A program made the position numbers and the translations under genes. The notes beneath the pieces were generated by a model that was not told where the DNA came from, did not search any database, and saw only the letters and a list, made by a program, of their open reading frames with translations. A DNA stretch of 64,000 nt, from the NCBI GenBank assembly GCA_038850735.1, contig JAWCLO010000007.1, positions 31,447 through 95,446 on the forward strand. The letters are read 5' to 3'. This document shows, piece by piece, positions 63,974 through 64,000 of this stretch. This stretch comes from Methanomassiliicoccales archaeon. GTDB taxonomy: Archaea; Thermoplasmatota; Thermoplasmata; Methanomassiliicoccales; JACIVX01. Numbering within the stretch: position 1 is the stretch's first letter; every line of letters starts with the position of its first letter.

Positions 63974-64000
63974 TCAAGAGCGACTACGAGTAAAATATAT
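63967..64000 (+). CDS. possible 5' end of a further CDS running off the window
   Basis: ATG 63967 overlaps the upstream TGA. The frame reads MIDQERLRVKY and is open to the window end. It is too short to evaluate. Confidence 0.2.

Noticed and set aside
1-64000. CRISPR arrays, cas genes, transposases/IS elements, integrases, prophage or toxin-antitoxin pairs, recognisable defence systems
   Set aside because: I saw no regularly spaced direct repeats, no terminal inverted repeats bracketing an ORF, and no proteins with Cas, transposase, integrase or classic defence-domain motifs. HerA here is in a Mre11/Rad50 repair context, not paired with a Sir2/DUF4297-type effector.
1-64000. Recoding events (in-frame TAG/TGA for pyrrolysine/selenocysteine, programmed frameshifts, inteins)
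   Set aside because: All motif-supported genes are uninterrupted and of family-typical length. No in-frame stop separates two halves of a recognisable domain. The split UxaA is a known two-gene arrangement with its own start and SD.

Overview
This is an archaeal chromosomal segment. The gene content looks euryarchaeal and Thermoplasmata-like, but lineage cannot be proven from this window. It is AT-rich by eye (not computed) and very gene-dense.

Archaeal hallmarks:
- Rpo11/RpoL, diphthine synthase, ArcS, Trm5 and a Hef-type helicase
- HerA-Mre11-Rad50 and an ATP-dependent DNA ligase
- an intron-containing tRNA-Gly(UCC)
- TATA-box promoters and Shine-Dalgarno (SD)-led operons with overlapping start/stop codons

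Layout:
1. 1-13.7 kb: amino-acid biosynthesis island. It holds the asd 3' end, a sulfide-dependent homocysteine module (COG1900, NIL-ferredoxin, COG2122) and a Cys-rich ArsR-type regulator. These are followed by a translationally coupled hisG-C-H-A-B-F-IE-PHP-aspartokinase-pheA supraoperon without hisD, and a convergent aminotransferase.
2. 13.7-22.6 kb: MTA phosphorylase flanked by two flavoredoxin-like paralogs, a 0.9 kb ORF-free decayed spacer, orphan hypF, dcd, trm5, dph5 and a divergent FtsZ paralog.
3. 23-30 kb: herA, a CPA2 antiporter, mre11 and rad50, with no nurA.
4. 30-45 kb, mostly minus strand:
   - ADP-forming acetyl-CoA synthetase coupled to a stand-alone Pta-N/DRTGG protein
   - DUF72 and a THEP1-like NTPase
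   - a candidate structured small RNA
   - a tightly overlapped DUF429 / Zn-peptidase / OB-HD nuclease operon
   - an APC permease fused to two USP domains
   - a GNAT / DUF2099 / LarA-like / split UxaA cluster
5. 45-51 kb: IscA-like protein, helicase-only Hef, DNA ligase, rpoL and truD.
6. 51-64 kb: a 1429-aa TPR protein with a zinc-ribbon tail, tRNA-Gly and arcS. Next comes a six-gene TusA/DsrE2-3/DsrH-E-F sulfur-relay operon with a divergent wHTH regulator. The window ends with pyrBI, a Roadblock/LC7 protein and a UPF0200-type kinase.

I saw no CRISPR array, transposase, integrase, rRNA or obvious defence island. Most of the window is housekeeping. The best follow-up candidates are the DUF429/peptidase/OB-HD operon, the unassigned structured RNA at 34.78-34.97 kb, the interrupted nurA-less herA-mre11-rad50 cluster, the LarA/UxaA/DUF2099 cluster and the extended sulfur-relay operon. 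All functional calls rest on motif recognition by eye. No database search was run.
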